NCBI GenBank assembly: GCA_965208675.1
Contig: OZ242351.1
Location: 1,184,001 to 1,248,000, forward strand
Direction of reading: 5' to 3'
Source: Candidatus Poribacteria bacterium
GTDB lineage: Bacteria; Poribacteria; WGA-4E; PCPOR2b
Length of the DNA stretch: 64,000 bases
Positions 1 to 10,057 of the stretch are shown here, piece after piece (positions within the stretch are counted from its first letter, which is position 1; every line of letters begins with the position of its first letter). The translations under genes and the position numbers were made by a program. The notes under the pieces are model-generated. The model worked only from the letters and a program-made list of their open reading frames with translations. It searched no databases and was not told where the DNA came from.

Positions 1-969
1 ATTGAGTGTTATATCCGCTGCCACGGAACTACCTAAATCCCCGTGCTGCGGCTGCGGCAGGGTTTCTGCGATTTTAGCCCATCCATTGTCACCCAGCGGC
101 CCGCCGGTACGGATGTCTTCAGTCCCCAAGACGCCCAAGGCATATCCGTTCGGTACCCAATTCTCGGAAACCGGATATCCGCCGGGGAATTTATCGTCCG
201 GATCGGGGCCGGGCCAACCGCCCGACCAAGCAGTAACCGTCACCCCGCGAACAGGGTTTGTGACATCCTCACGCTGAACATCGGAGGCGCCTCGCATTTC
301 ATCCTCGTCCGGACCCGGGAAGCTAAACGCGACCGTGCCGCGTTGCACACGATTGCTCGTGTTTCTCAGGCGTAACTCAAAGACCGCACCGGGAATGTTC
401 GATTTCACCGCATCTCCCGGGATAAAGGGCGTCCACGCCCGTAATCCGATACGGATAGGCGCATCAAGTTCGTATTCCAAATCTGCGACCGGGTAGTGCC
501 CCCAATAGTGAATCTGCTGCGCACCCTGTACACCGTCCGGCGCATCTAGGCTTAGCACGTAGCAGTCGTCTCCCAACGCCAGTCCCAAGAAAGGCAGGTC
601 CACGTTACGCGTCTGCGGCACCGGCGTTGTCCACCAGTTCAATTTCGCCCCAGTATCCGGGTTAACCAGGTTGTTGTAGAGAGACCAGCCGCCAAGTCGA
701 CCGTCCAGACGCAGCGTCACATAACCGGTGCCAATGCCTCCCAACGGTACGCCGCATTCTCGAATTAACGGCCAATGCGCTACGTGTGACGCCGTCACTT
801 CGGGATTGCTGAATCCGGTATACGGAACGCCGCCGCCGTTACGGTAAATCACACCCACCACCGGTTGTAGGAATCCTTGAGCGTGAAATGTCTGCCATTG
901 CCGTTCGGGCAAGTCAGTGGGAAATAGTCCGTGATGGTGCGAGTTTCCAACTGTAGAGGAGGGGCTCAT
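1..969 (-). CDS. GH116-like (non-lysosomal glucosylceramidase family) glycoside hydrolase, N-terminal part; runs off the left edge
   Basis: Manual translation from ATG at 969 (RBS GGGAG): MSPSSTVG...CGVPLGGIGTGYVTLRLDG...HYWGHYPVADLEY...RAWTPFIPGDAVKSNIPGAVF. These match GH116 N-terminal motifs. Absent from the ORF track because no stop lies in the window. Confidence 0.8.
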   Translation of the reverse strand, partial: MSPSSTVGNSHHHGLFPTDLPERQWQTFHAQGFLQPVVGVIYRNGGGVPYTGFSNPEVTASHVAHWPLIRECGVPLGGIGTGYVTLRLDGRLGGWSLYNNLVNPDTGAKLNWWTTPVPQTRNVDLPFLGLALGDDCYVLSLDAPDGVQGAQQIHYWGHYPVADLEYELDAPIRIGLRAWTPFIPGDAVKSNIPGAVFELRLRNTSNRVQRGTVAFSFPGPDEDEMRGASDVQREDVTNPVRGVTVTAWSGGWPGPDPDDKFPGGYPVSENWVPNGYALGVLGTEDIRTGGPLGDNGWAKIAETLPQPQHGDLGSSVAADITLN

Positions 970-1279
970 ACTTAACTCCCGTGGTCGTCTTTGTTCATTA
1001 AAATTGCGCTTTTTCTTAGATTAAGTATGAGGCGATTATAGCACTATTCTTGAATCCGGTCAAGAGCAATGCTCCGTATCATTTTTGATGCAGCATCACG
1101 TCAATTACAACCATAATCCGCCGCACTTCACAGCCGCAGGCCGCGGCGCTGTTACGGTTGAACAGAACCACTGTTAACGCATCAGAGTAACTCCGCCGTT
1201 TACATTTTTCTCTTGACAATTCAGTCGACCTGTGAAATTATATGGCTTTTTGGCTGATCATTCGAGAGGAGAGAATTCT

Positions 1280-1624
1280 ATGGAGATAAATGTTCGTGAA
1301 AGTGAAGGCGTTACGGTCTTTGACCTCAGTGGCAGGATTATCGGCGCCGACAGCAACCAACTCAAGCAAGCTATAGACCAATCAATTGCCGAATCGGAAA
1401 AACCGAAACTGTTGTTCAATCTATCCGGGGTTTCGATGTTAGATAGTACCGGTTTAGGAACCTTGGTCGGATCTCATCTGTCGGCGTCGCGAAAAGGCGG
1501 GCGTATCGGTATTATCAATGTTGCGGAGGGCGCGCAGAGCATATTGATCATTGCCAAGTTGGTGTCAGTGTTGGAACGTTTCGAATCGGAGACGGAAGCA
1601 GTTGAAGCGTTATCGTCTAGTTGA
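1280..1624 (+). CDS. STAS-domain anti-sigma factor antagonist (RsbV/SpoIIAA-like)
   Basis: LFNLSGVSMLDSTGLGTLV with the conserved phosphorylatable Ser; RBS GAGGAG before ATG 1280. Confidence 0.9.
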   Translation: MEINVRESEGVTVFDLSGRIIGADSNQLKQAIDQSIAESEKPKLLFNLSGVSMLDSTGLGTLVGSHLSASRKGGRIGIINVAEGAQSILIIAKLVSVLERFESETEAVEALSSS

Positions 1625-1773
1625 GCGCGATTTCGAGTCGGCCTGCCGTCCCGCGTGGTTGGTTTTCAACGTGGTTTGGCAGTATAACCAAGCGCTTATA
1701 AGAAGCGAAACCTCACGCATAAATCTTCATGATGCGAGCGCAAATTAGACGGTCAAGTTTCATCTCGTTTCCG

Positions 1774-2415
1774 CTAGACACTCAACCCCCACTCGAGTTG
1801 TTCGTTTTTCACGTAGGGCAAGAGCAGTATTTGAAGACGGCGATGAGCGTGGTGTAAATGCGCCTTGATGGTACCTTCCGATCTGTCCAGCCGGGCGGCA
1901 ATTTCCTTTAGCTGCAGACCCTCCTGATAACGGAGATTAAACACGCGTTGTTGTCCGGGCGGAAGTTGCCTGACTGCTCTGCCGATAATCTGTCCGAGTT
2001 CTTTCGTTACAGCTTGGTCCTGCGGAAGTGGATTAGAATCGTTAAATGTCCACTCCTCATCGGTAGCAGACGGCGATGTGTCAATCGGCAATATCTGGAC
2101 ACGTTTCTGTTGGCGAATGAAATCTATGCACTGATTGGTCGCGATTCGATAAAGCCAGCTATAAAATGCCGCCTGTTTCTTGAACTGGGGTAGCGCTTGA
2201 AAGGCTTTGATAAATATATCTTGGCAGAGATCGTTCGCTGATTCAGGGTTGGAGACATATTTGTAAACGACATTATATATTTTTCCTTGGTACCGCAAAA
2301 CTAGCTCGTTGAAAACCTCCTTCTCACCCTTCTGAAACCGGTCGATTAGTGCGCTTTCGTTAATGGATGCATTTCTCATTTCATTTGATGGGATGCCGCC
2401 AAATTCATTAACCAT
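1774..2415 (-). CDS. ECF RNA polymerase sigma factor (RpoE/SigW-like)
   Basis: Region 2 (DLCQDIFIKAF..FYSWLYRIATN) and region 4 (LPPGQQRVFNLRYQEGLQLKEIA..GTIKAHL). Confidence 0.92.
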   Translation of the reverse strand: MVNEFGGIPSNEMRNASINESALIDRFQKGEKEVFNELVLRYQGKIYNVVYKYVSNPESANDLCQDIFIKAFQALPQFKKQAAFYSWLYRIATNQCIDFIRQQKRVQILPIDTSPSATDEEWTFNDSNPLPQDQAVTKELGQIIGRAVRQLPPGQQRVFNLRYQEGLQLKEIAARLDRSEGTIKAHLHHAHRRLQILLLPYVKNEQLEWGLSV

Positions 2416-2668
2416 CTAGGTCTCCTCCCGTTGGGATTATGTGGCACGGCTTACCTCGCAATTAAACTGTAGGCGTGCACACTGCATCGCTGTCTTTAAG
2501 TCTATACACTACAGTCTCTTCAATTAGTTCCATATCTTTTTTGTTATAGTGTTGCCACGGCGAAAAACCCAAGATTGATTAGCTGCAACAGCCTAGGTTC
2601 CGAAGACTTTCAATTTTCTGCGACGCAGGTTCCGGAGATGCGGCACGCACAGCTGAATCATCTATATC

Positions 2669-4090
2669 ATGCGCCGATATAGCATCCAAACCAAAATCAT
2701 CTTGCCTTTCATGGCGTTCTCGGCTGTCGTCGTATTCGGTGTAGCGCTCATAACTATGGACCAATTCAATCGAATTTACGATGAGCAATTTAGCCGGGAG
2801 ACTAGAGAATGGTTAAAGGTAATCGTGGGCACCGGTTATATTGACCATCCTAATAAGGTTAAGGAAGCATACGGTGCAGAGGTTATAGTGTTTAGTTCCC
2901 ATAATGTCCTAAACGCCACAACATTGCCGGAAGAATTGTCTTATGAAGAATTGGCTAATTTAACCGTGAATATGAAACTCCGCGAAGCCCGGAAACTCAT
3001 TGAGGAGTCAGACGCCGACCTTGTTATCAAGAATGTGACCGTTGGCGGAATGCCGTACAAAGCAACTTATTATCTGCTGCCGCATAATCGCCTGTACTGT
3101 TTGATGCGTCCAATGGACAAGATTGCGGCTGCAAAACGCCACGCCACGATGTTGATGTTGGGAATTACAGGCCTTGTCATCGTATTAGTTGCAATCATCA
3201 GCCATTTTATTGGCAAAAATTTAGCAACTCCAATCAAGTCGCTGGTACGGTTCACAAAGCAGGTTGCCGAGGGTGATTTAGAAGGGCAATGTAAAGTAAA
3301 GACGCATGATGAGATTGACGATTTGGCAACCGCATTTAATCAGATGACCCGCGATTTAAGAAATTCTCGAGTTGAACTGATAAGTGCGGAACGTCTCGCT
3401 ACGGCGGGAAAAATGGCAGCATCTTTTGCGCACGAAATCCGGAATCCACTTTCATCAATGCGCATGGTCGCCCAAATGTTGTCGCGGAAACAGGAACCAG
3501 CGAAAGAAAAACAAAAGCAGTCCGTGGCGCATATCTTGGAAGAGATTGAACGGATTGATGTTATTGTCAAGGGTTTTATGAATTTTGCGCGTCCAGCTTC
3601 ACTTGAAAGTGCGCCCCACAACCTAAATCAAGCCGTGGAAGCGGTGCTGAACCTCATGGAAGCCAACCTCAATCACCATCAGATTGCTTTGAAAAAAAGA
3701 TTCGACACCCGCCTCCCCGCTGTTTCGTTCGATTTGGATAAGTTTAAACAGGCGTTTATGAACATCGTGTTAAACGCCATGGATGCCATGCCTGACGGCG
3801 GCATTCTCAAAATTGTAACGTTGCGAGACTCGGACGACGTTCATATTGATGTTGCGGACACAGGCGGCGGCATCCCGCCAGAAGATTTAAATCGGCTGTT
3901 CGAGCCGTTCTTCACAACGAAACCCCAGGGCACAGGGCTTGGACTCGTAAATGCGAAACGGGTTTTTGAGCAGCATGGCGGGGACATAAAATTCAAGAGT
4001 GTCGTTGGAAGCGGCACAACGGTATCTTTGCGGATGCCGCTAACAAACAACAAAACACAGGGTGTGGAAAATCGTGAAAATCCGCAGTGA
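2669..4090 (+). CDS. Membrane sensor histidine kinase (HAMP-HisKA-HATPase)
   Basis: Two TM segments, HAMP (DEIDDLATAFNQM), H-box AHEIRNPL, N-box, DTGGG, FEPFFTTK, GTGLGL. Confidence 0.93.
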   Translation: MRRYSIQTKIILPFMAFSAVVVFGVALITMDQFNRIYDEQFSRETREWLKVIVGTGYIDHPNKVKEAYGAEVIVFSSHNVLNATTLPEELSYEELANLTVNMKLREARKLIEESDADLVIKNVTVGGMPYKATYYLLPHNRLYCLMRPMDKIAAAKRHATMLMLGITGLVIVLVAIISHFIGKNLATPIKSLVRFTKQVAEGDLEGQCKVKTHDEIDDLATAFNQMTRDLRNSRVELISAERLATAGKMAASFAHEIRNPLSSMRMVAQMLSRKQEPAKEKQKQSVAHILEEIERIDVIVKGFMNFARPASLESAPHNLNQAVEAVLNLMEANLNHHQIALKKRFDTRLPAVSFDLDKFKQAFMNIVLNAMDAMPDGGILKIVTLRDSDDVHIDVADTGGGIPPEDLNRLFEPFFTTKPQGTGLGLVNAKRVFEQHGGDIKFKSVVGSGTTVSLRMPLTNNKTQGVENRENPQ

Positions 4091-4153
4091 GACGGGGAGG
4101 CATCCGAATTCGTAAGCCGCCCGAGAAGCCGCGCCCGCTAAGGTGAAAAATCT

Positions 4154-4774
4154 ATGGTTCAACAAAAGGCAACTAATGTCACCTGGTTTGAAGGTATTGT
4201 CACACAGAACGCCAGGGAAAACCTGCTCGATCAGAGTGGGTGCGTACTTTGGTTCACAGGGCTTTCCGGATCTGGAAAGTCCACACTTGCCCATGAAGTC
4301 GAAAATGTACTATACCAACGCGGACATCTAACCTACGTCCTTGACGGTGATAACGTCCGCCACGGCTTGAACAAAAATCTCGGCTTTTCACCCGAAGATC
4401 GGGCTGAAAATATCCGGCGCATCGGCGAAGTGTCAAAGCTGTTTGTCGACGCCGGCGTCATCGTCATGACAGCGTTCATTTCACCCTACCGAATCGACCG
4501 AGACAACGCACGAGCGCTGGTGAGCGAAGGCCGGTTCATTGAAATTTTTGTCGACTGTGCCATTGAAGTCTGCGAGGAACGGGACACGAAAGGGCTGTAC
4601 AAGCGCGCACGCGCCGGTGAAATCAAGGAATTCACCGGAATCAGCGCTCCCTATGAACCGCCGATTCATCCCGAAATCACACTGAATACGGACGCACAGA
4701 GCATCGCAGAAAGCACGAAACTGGTGGTTGACTTCCTTGAGCAGAAGAAAATAGTTCCGGCGGACGTGGAATAG
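4154..4774 (+). CDS. cysC: Adenylyl-sulfate (APS) kinase
   Basis: WFTGLSGSGKST, LDGDNVRHGL, FISPY, KGLYKRARAGEIKEFTGISAPYEPP. Confidence 0.97.
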   Translation: MVQQKATNVTWFEGIVTQNARENLLDQSGCVLWFTGLSGSGKSTLAHEVENVLYQRGHLTYVLDGDNVRHGLNKNLGFSPEDRAENIRRIGEVSKLFVDAGVIVMTAFISPYRIDRDNARALVSEGRFIEIFVDCAIEVCEERDTKGLYKRARAGEIKEFTGISAPYEPPIHPEITLNTDAQSIAESTKLVVDFLEQKKIVPADVE

Positions 4775-4827
4775 CCGCATGTCAATAGCGGAAAGATTTC
4801 GGCCGCATAATCTGAATTACAGCCAAC

Positions 4828-4916
4828 AAAAAAGGCGTCTACGATTGTCGCGGCGCACTATTTTCTGCGCTCCCTTTTTGAGAGCGCCGCACACGCCGTG
4901 TCAAGCAGACGCCTTT
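4828..4916 (-). terminator. Long branched hairpin with U-tail downstream of rpsU (probable intrinsic terminator)
   Basis: AAAGGCGTCT (4831-4840) / AGACGCCTTT (4907-4916) inverted repeat; a T-run follows on the minus strand. Confidence 0.6.
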
Positions 4917-5005
4917 CAATTATTCATTTCTCTTACACGAATCCGTCAATCCATTGAGTTCTGCGACCGAGCGAATCGGTGAGTCAGCGGTATTGAAACT
5001 GCCGC

Positions 5006-5203
5006 TCAGCGATTGTCATAATAGCTGCGGGATTTGAGCTTTCGCTGTCGTTTCAATTCGAGCCGCCGCCGTTTCTCGCTCGGTTTTTCATAGAAGCTGC
5101 GCTTCTTGATTTCTGTGACAATACCAGCCTTGCCACACATTTTTTTAAATCGGGCGAGGGCTCTGTCAAATGTTTCGTCTGGTCCAACCGTAACTTGAAT
5201 CAT
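5006..5203 (-). CDS. rpsU: 30S ribosomal protein S21
   Basis: FDRALARFKK..GIVTEIKKRSFYEKPSEKRR. Confidence 0.95.
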   Translation of the reverse strand: MIQVTVGPDETFDRALARFKKMCGKAGIVTEIKKRSFYEKPSEKRRRLELKRQRKLKSRSYYDNR

Positions 5204-5488
5204 ATTTTTGTTCTACCCTTCCTTCGATACTCAGCCTTCAGTACCTAGGCGCAACGGCACAGCGAACTGTTTTATCCAATAGCCGCGCTGTCAGACGACC
5301 TAGCACGAAATTCCAAGCTTAAATTTTGTAGTCTACATTCAATATCATATTATATCAAATCGTCTCTATTTTCTCAACACAAAAATTCGGTATCGAAACG
5401 AATTTCAAATCTGATCCAAGAGCGCCTTAGCGTCAAGACTCACGCAACGACGTGCTGTACCACAGCTTTGGCGCGGGTTGAATCGAAA

Positions 5489-6472
5489 ATGACCGTACAG
5501 CCGCAAGCGCACATAGATTTCAGTGATATCCAACGTATCCTGATTCTCCGTATGGGTCCGCTCGGCGAAACCATCCTGACGACGCCCGTAATTCGGGCGC
5601 TGCGCAACCGTTTCCCAAACGCGCGCATCGCTTATATGGTCGCACCGGAGCGCGAGGATCTCGTCTCTGCGAATCCGTTTCTTGACGAGGTCATGACGTA
5701 CGATATAAGCGTACCAAAGCTGGTTTATGGTATAATGAAACGGTCGTTTCAGATGGCGGTCGTCCTGCAACCCACATTCCGTCTGGTGCTGCACACCTTT
5801 CTCGCGCGTATCCCGTTTCGAATCGGGTTCGAGACCAACTGTTGCAGCGGCAGATTGCTGCATGTCGCCGTGCCCAATAACACCGCTCAGCACGAAACCA
5901 GCCGCTATCTTGATGTAGTCCGCGGCATCGGTATCCAGCCGGATTGCGGCGAACCGGAGATGTTCGTGGATGACCGTGCGCAGCGATGGGCGGACGATTT
6001 ACTTGTGAATCTCGATTTTGATACCAATCGCCCGCTTGTTGGGCTTAATCCCGGCACAGGCTCCGTTTCGCGTCGTTGGCAAAAAGAGCGGTTTGCCAAG
6101 ATTGGAAATCTGCTCCATCGGGAACACAATGCACAAATCATAATTACCGGGGGACCTCGTGAAGGTTCACTGCCGTACGAATTGGCGGATATGATGTGCT
6201 GTTCACCGATTGTTCTCACGGGTGCGACGCCCATGCAACTGGGTGCGGTGATTCAGCGGTGCCATTTATTCATCAGCAACGACACGGGACCGATGCACAT
6301 GAGTACCGCAGTGAAAACACCGACGATTGCGCTGTTCGGGTCGTCAAATCCGTCGCGGTGGGGACCGTTTTGGCATGGGCATACAATAATCGCCCGAAAC
6401 AGTATGAACGAAATTGCCGTCAATGACGTGCTGTTAGCAGCGGAAAAACACCTGTCTATAGCCGATCGCTAA
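5489..6472 (+). CDS. Glycosyltransferase family 9 (ADP-heptose:LPS heptosyltransferase-like)
   Basis: ILILRMGPLGETILTTPVIRALR, NPG, ISNDTGPMH..TIALFG; start codon uncertain. Confidence 0.88.
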   Translation: MTVQPQAHIDFSDIQRILILRMGPLGETILTTPVIRALRNRFPNARIAYMVAPEREDLVSANPFLDEVMTYDISVPKLVYGIMKRSFQMAVVLQPTFRLVLHTFLARIPFRIGFETNCCSGRLLHVAVPNNTAQHETSRYLDVVRGIGIQPDCGEPEMFVDDRAQRWADDLLVNLDFDTNRPLVGLNPGTGSVSRRWQKERFAKIGNLLHREHNAQIIITGGPREGSLPYELADMMCCSPIVLTGATPMQLGAVIQRCHLFISNDTGPMHMSTAVKTPTIALFGSSNPSRWGPFWHGHTIIARNSMNEIAVNDVLLAAEKHLSIADR

Positions 6473-6575
6473 GAACACAAGCAACACAATAGCCATTTAC
6501 ATGCATATTTACACACATTCTGATACCCCCCTGATAAGGGATCAACTGAGTGGATAGCGAAGGCGATAGTTTTGG

Positions 6576-7990
6576 GGGTTGACACCTCTTTTCGATCGGA
6601 CTGAAAGAATTTGTAGGTTGGGTTAAGCGGAGTAAATGAGAGACGTGAAAAATGTCGAAAGGATATCGGTATTTGAATTCGTTTGGTATTTTTTTAGATG
6701 TAGCGAACCCAACGCTTTTGGATATTGCGGGGCGTTTGGTTTATTGGAAACCGTTCGCAAATACGAAAAGCGTTGGGTTACGCTCCCCACATCGGGTCTT
6801 GGACGTCGTTAAGCTCCCAGAGCGAAAAGAAAAATTGTACATCATTCCGTGAAATTCGCTCAACCCAACCTACACGAAGCTTGACTTGTGGGTAATAGTA
6901 AGCTGATAAGGGGGCTAGAGCGGGTTGACACCTCTTTTCGATCGGACTGAAAGAATTTGTAGGTTGGGTTAAGCGGAGTAAATGAGAGACGTGAAAAATG
7001 TCGAAAGGATATCGGTATTTGAATTCGTTTGGTATTTTTTAGATGTAGCGAACCCAACGCTTTTGGATATTGCGGGGCGTTTGGTTTATTGGAAACCGTT
7101 CGTAAATACGAAAAGCGTTGGGTTACGCTCCCCGCATCGGGTCTTGCACGTCGTTAAGCTCCCAGAGCGAAACGAAAAATTGTACATCATTCCGTGAAAT
7201 TCGCTCAACCCAACCTACACGAAGCTTGACTTGTGGGTAACGGTAAGCTGATAAGGGGGCTAGAGCGGGTTGACACCTCTTTTTGATCGGATTGAAAGAA
7301 TTTGTAGGTTGGGTTAAGCGGAGTAAATGAGAGACGTGAAAAATGTCGAAAGGATATCGGTATTTGAATTCGTTTGGTATTTTTTTAGATGTAGCGAACC
7401 CAACGCTTTTGGATATTGCGGGGCGTTTGGTTTATTGGAAACCGTTCGTAAATACGAAAAGCGTTGGGTTACGCTCCCCGCATCGGGTCTTGCACGTCGT
7501 TAAGCTCCCAGAGCGAAACGAAAAATTGTACATCATTCCGTGAAATTCGCTCAACCCAACCTACACGAAGCTTGACTTGTGGGTAATAGTAAGCTGATAA
7601 GGGGGCTAGAGCGGGTTGACACCTCTTTTTGATCGGATTGAAAGAATTTGTAGGTTGGGTTAAGCGGAGTAAATGAGAGACGTGAAAAATGTCGAAAGGA
7701 TATCGGTATTTGAATTCGTTTGGTATTTTTTTAGATGTAGCGAACCCAACGCTTTTGGATATTGCGGGGCGTTTGGTTTATTGGAAACCGTTCGTAAATA
7801 CGAAAAGCGTTGGGTTACGCTCCCCGCATCGGGTCTTGCACGTCGTTAAGCTCCCAGAGCGAAACGAAAAATTGTACATCATTCCGTGAAATTCGCTCAA
7901 CCCAACCTACACGAAGCTTGACTTGTGGGTAACGGTAAGCTGATAAGGGGGCTAGAGCGGGTTGACACCTCTTTTTGATCGGACTGAAAG
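6576..7990. repeat. Tandem array of four ~346-bp units plus a partial fifth; each unit holds a 261-bp REP-doublet hairpin element
   Basis: Units start at 6576, 6922, 7267, 7613 and 7959. Outer IR GTAGGTTGGGTTAAGCG / CGCTCAACCCAACCTAC; inner IR GCGAACCCAACGCTTTT / AAAAGCGTTGGGTTACGC. Confidence 0.97.
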
Positions 7991-8034
7991 TAATGTGTAC
8001 ATTTTAGTTGCAGTGACTATAAACAGGGGATGTC

Positions 8035-9501
8035 ATGCGCACCGCCATCCAAAACCAACCCGAGCAGATTATCGAAAGCCGCCTTATTGAAATTCGGCGG
8101 CGAATGCACTTGAACCTATTCTTGAGCCGTCTCGCGCATTTTGGGTTCTGGGGGCTTCTCCTTGCCGGAATCCTGCTCATCCTCAATCGACTTATCCCGC
8201 TGCCAATTCCCGTCAGTCTCGCTGCGCCGCTTCCCCTCGCCATCGGATTCGCCGCCGCGCTGTGCCTTTCCCTGTTGCGCAAATCAAATCTTTTCGCAGT
8301 TGCGCGCACTGTGGACACCCGTTTAAATCTAAAGGAACGCCTCAGTACCGCCTGTGAAGCCATCCAACGCGGAAAGCCAGACGATGACTTTGTCCGCTTG
8401 CAAATTAAAGATGCGGGTCATGTTGCACGGGCGATCGTCCCGGGGGTGTCCTTTCCTTACACCGTCCCGTCAACGCTCAAGTGGATCCCAATCGCCCTCT
8501 TGCTCATCGCCTCCGCTTTTGTGATTCCCCAAATGTATGAACTGCCACCTCCGTTGTCCGCAGCCGAGCGTGCAGCCATAGATCATGCGGCAGAAACGCT
8601 CGAATCAGAGCAAAACGTGGTTCCTGATACTGACCTCGCCAGAAAAATACGGGATACCATAGGTAAATTACGCCATAGTGACATTGATGCTAATCGGTCG
8701 CAAGCGGAGTTAAGCGCACTGCGTGATAAAATCCGAGCCAAAAAAAGCCAAGTTGAAAGCGGAACAGATAGTATTGTAAAGGCGATTTCTGAAACGGACG
8801 AACTGTCCAAACATTTCAAAGGCCGCACAGCGAGCGACATCGCCTCGGATTTAGAAAAACGGGCGGCACAGATGAATGGACTTACGCCCGGGCAACGGGC
8901 GGAGTTGGAGGCGTTGCTGAAGAAGATTGCCCAAAGTCTCGGTGATAACCCCGCTATGGAAAATCTGACGAATCAGTTGGCAGAGCTTCAGACAGAAGCG
9001 GTGAGTGCCGAAATGCTTCAGCGAATCGCGCGGGCGCTCCTTCAAAGTACAGATGAAATCGCCCAGTTGGATAAGCTATTGCAACAAATAAGGACGAATC
9101 GCCGAAACATTGCGTTAGCCGGCATCGAGTTGGATCGAAAAACACCGGGCGCTGCGGGCAGCGGAAGCGGATCCGGTGAAGCATCGGATGCAGCGGATTC
9201 ACAAGACACGATGAGTGGGTCAAAGCCCCAGCCGCTCAATCCCCCATCGGACAATTCCTTACCTGACCTTGAACTCACAGCTCCCCCATCCGACTCGCAG
9301 GCGTTCACACAGGTCTACGTTGACGAAGACCCCACCGGTGAAGGCGAGCCTACCTACATGCCCTACCGCGAAGTCTATCTCCACGCCCAACAAGCCTACG
9401 CCCAAGCAATAGAGAGAGATGAAATTCCCGTAAAATACCGGGAACAAGTCAAGGCTTATTTAGAAGCCATCGCCAACCTAGAAAACAAAGATTCGCAATA
9501 A
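8035..9501 (+). CDS. Hypothetical membrane-anchored coiled-coil protein
   Basis: N-terminal TM helices, LKERLSTA motif, long helical region, Gly/Ser linker and C-terminal IPVKYREQVKAYL motif. Confidence 0.8.
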   Translation: MRTAIQNQPEQIIESRLIEIRRRMHLNLFLSRLAHFGFWGLLLAGILLILNRLIPLPIPVSLAAPLPLAIGFAAALCLSLLRKSNLFAVARTVDTRLNLKERLSTACEAIQRGKPDDDFVRLQIKDAGHVARAIVPGVSFPYTVPSTLKWIPIALLLIASAFVIPQMYELPPPLSAAERAAIDHAAETLESEQNVVPDTDLARKIRDTIGKLRHSDIDANRSQAELSALRDKIRAKKSQVESGTDSIVKAISETDELSKHFKGRTASDIASDLEKRAAQMNGLTPGQRAELEALLKKIAQSLGDNPAMENLTNQLAELQTEAVSAEMLQRIARALLQSTDEIAQLDKLLQQIRTNRRNIALAGIELDRKTPGAAGSGSGSGEASDAADSQDTMSGSKPQPLNPPSDNSLPDLELTAPPSDSQAFTQVYVDEDPTGEGEPTYMPYREVYLHAQQAYAQAIERDEIPVKYREQVKAYLEAIANLENKDSQ

Positions 9502-9549
9502 ACTCTTGTAGGATCGGTAGGAGCGATCTCCGAATCGAGACCCTCATTT

Positions 9550-9583
9550 AAAACCGAGTTTTTTCTTCAAAACTCGGTTTTTT
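9550..9583. terminator. Palindromic hairpin after the 8035-9501 gene
   Basis: AAAACCGAGTTTT / AAAACTCGGTTTT inverted repeat followed by a T-run. Confidence 0.55.
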
Positions 9584-9596
9584 AAACGCAGCTTTT

Positions 9597-9958
9597 GTAG
9601 GTTGGGTAGAGCGGATATGCTGATACATACATAGTACTTTTTAAGCAGTTCAGCTCTTGTAGGTTGGGTTAAGCGGTGATGACGAAAGAGAGTGTATGCG
9701 CTGTATGCGTGTCGAGGTGAGAGCGCATTTGAAATTTTGAAAAGATATAGCGAACCCAACGATCAACTGAGCGAATAGATCAAGCGACCGAATAGGGAGT
9801 GCGATAGAACTCTTTGGCGGTAGTCTTCAGCATTAATAGCCTCCCGGCCTCCCCGAAATTGTGTTTCGCTCCACCCCTACAAATCTTGATCGCTGTCAAT
9901 GCACCAACCTCATCCTCAAAATAAATCCGTTTAATCATCTCCGCTCTACCCAACCTAC
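9597..9958. repeat. Nested REP/MITE-like elements related to the 346-bp unit
   Basis: Perfect 19-bp IR GTAGGTTGGGTAGAGCGGA (9597) / TCCGCTCTACCCAACCTAC (ends 9958), enclosing a second element from 9659 to ~9880. Confidence 0.8.
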
Positions 9959-10057
9959 AGAAACGCCGCGCACACGAATTTGCGCAAATTTTGAATAATA
10001 TGGTACAATTCCGAACAATTCATTTCAATCCATCTTTTAATCGTGTGAGGATTTTAC

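Noticed and set aside
2-375. Plus-strand ORFs at the window start and numerous short antisense ORFs in the track
   Set aside because: They are shadows of well-supported genes on the opposite strand or in another frame.
6652-7889. Four repeated 66-71 aa ORFs in the tandem array
   Set aside because: They run through the palindromic arms, unit 2 is frameshifted relative to the others, and no protein motif is recognisable; most likely by-products of the DNA repeat.
6576-7990. CRISPR array interpretation of the 346-bp repeats
   Set aside because: Units are far too long, the intervening sequences are identical, and no cas genes are present.
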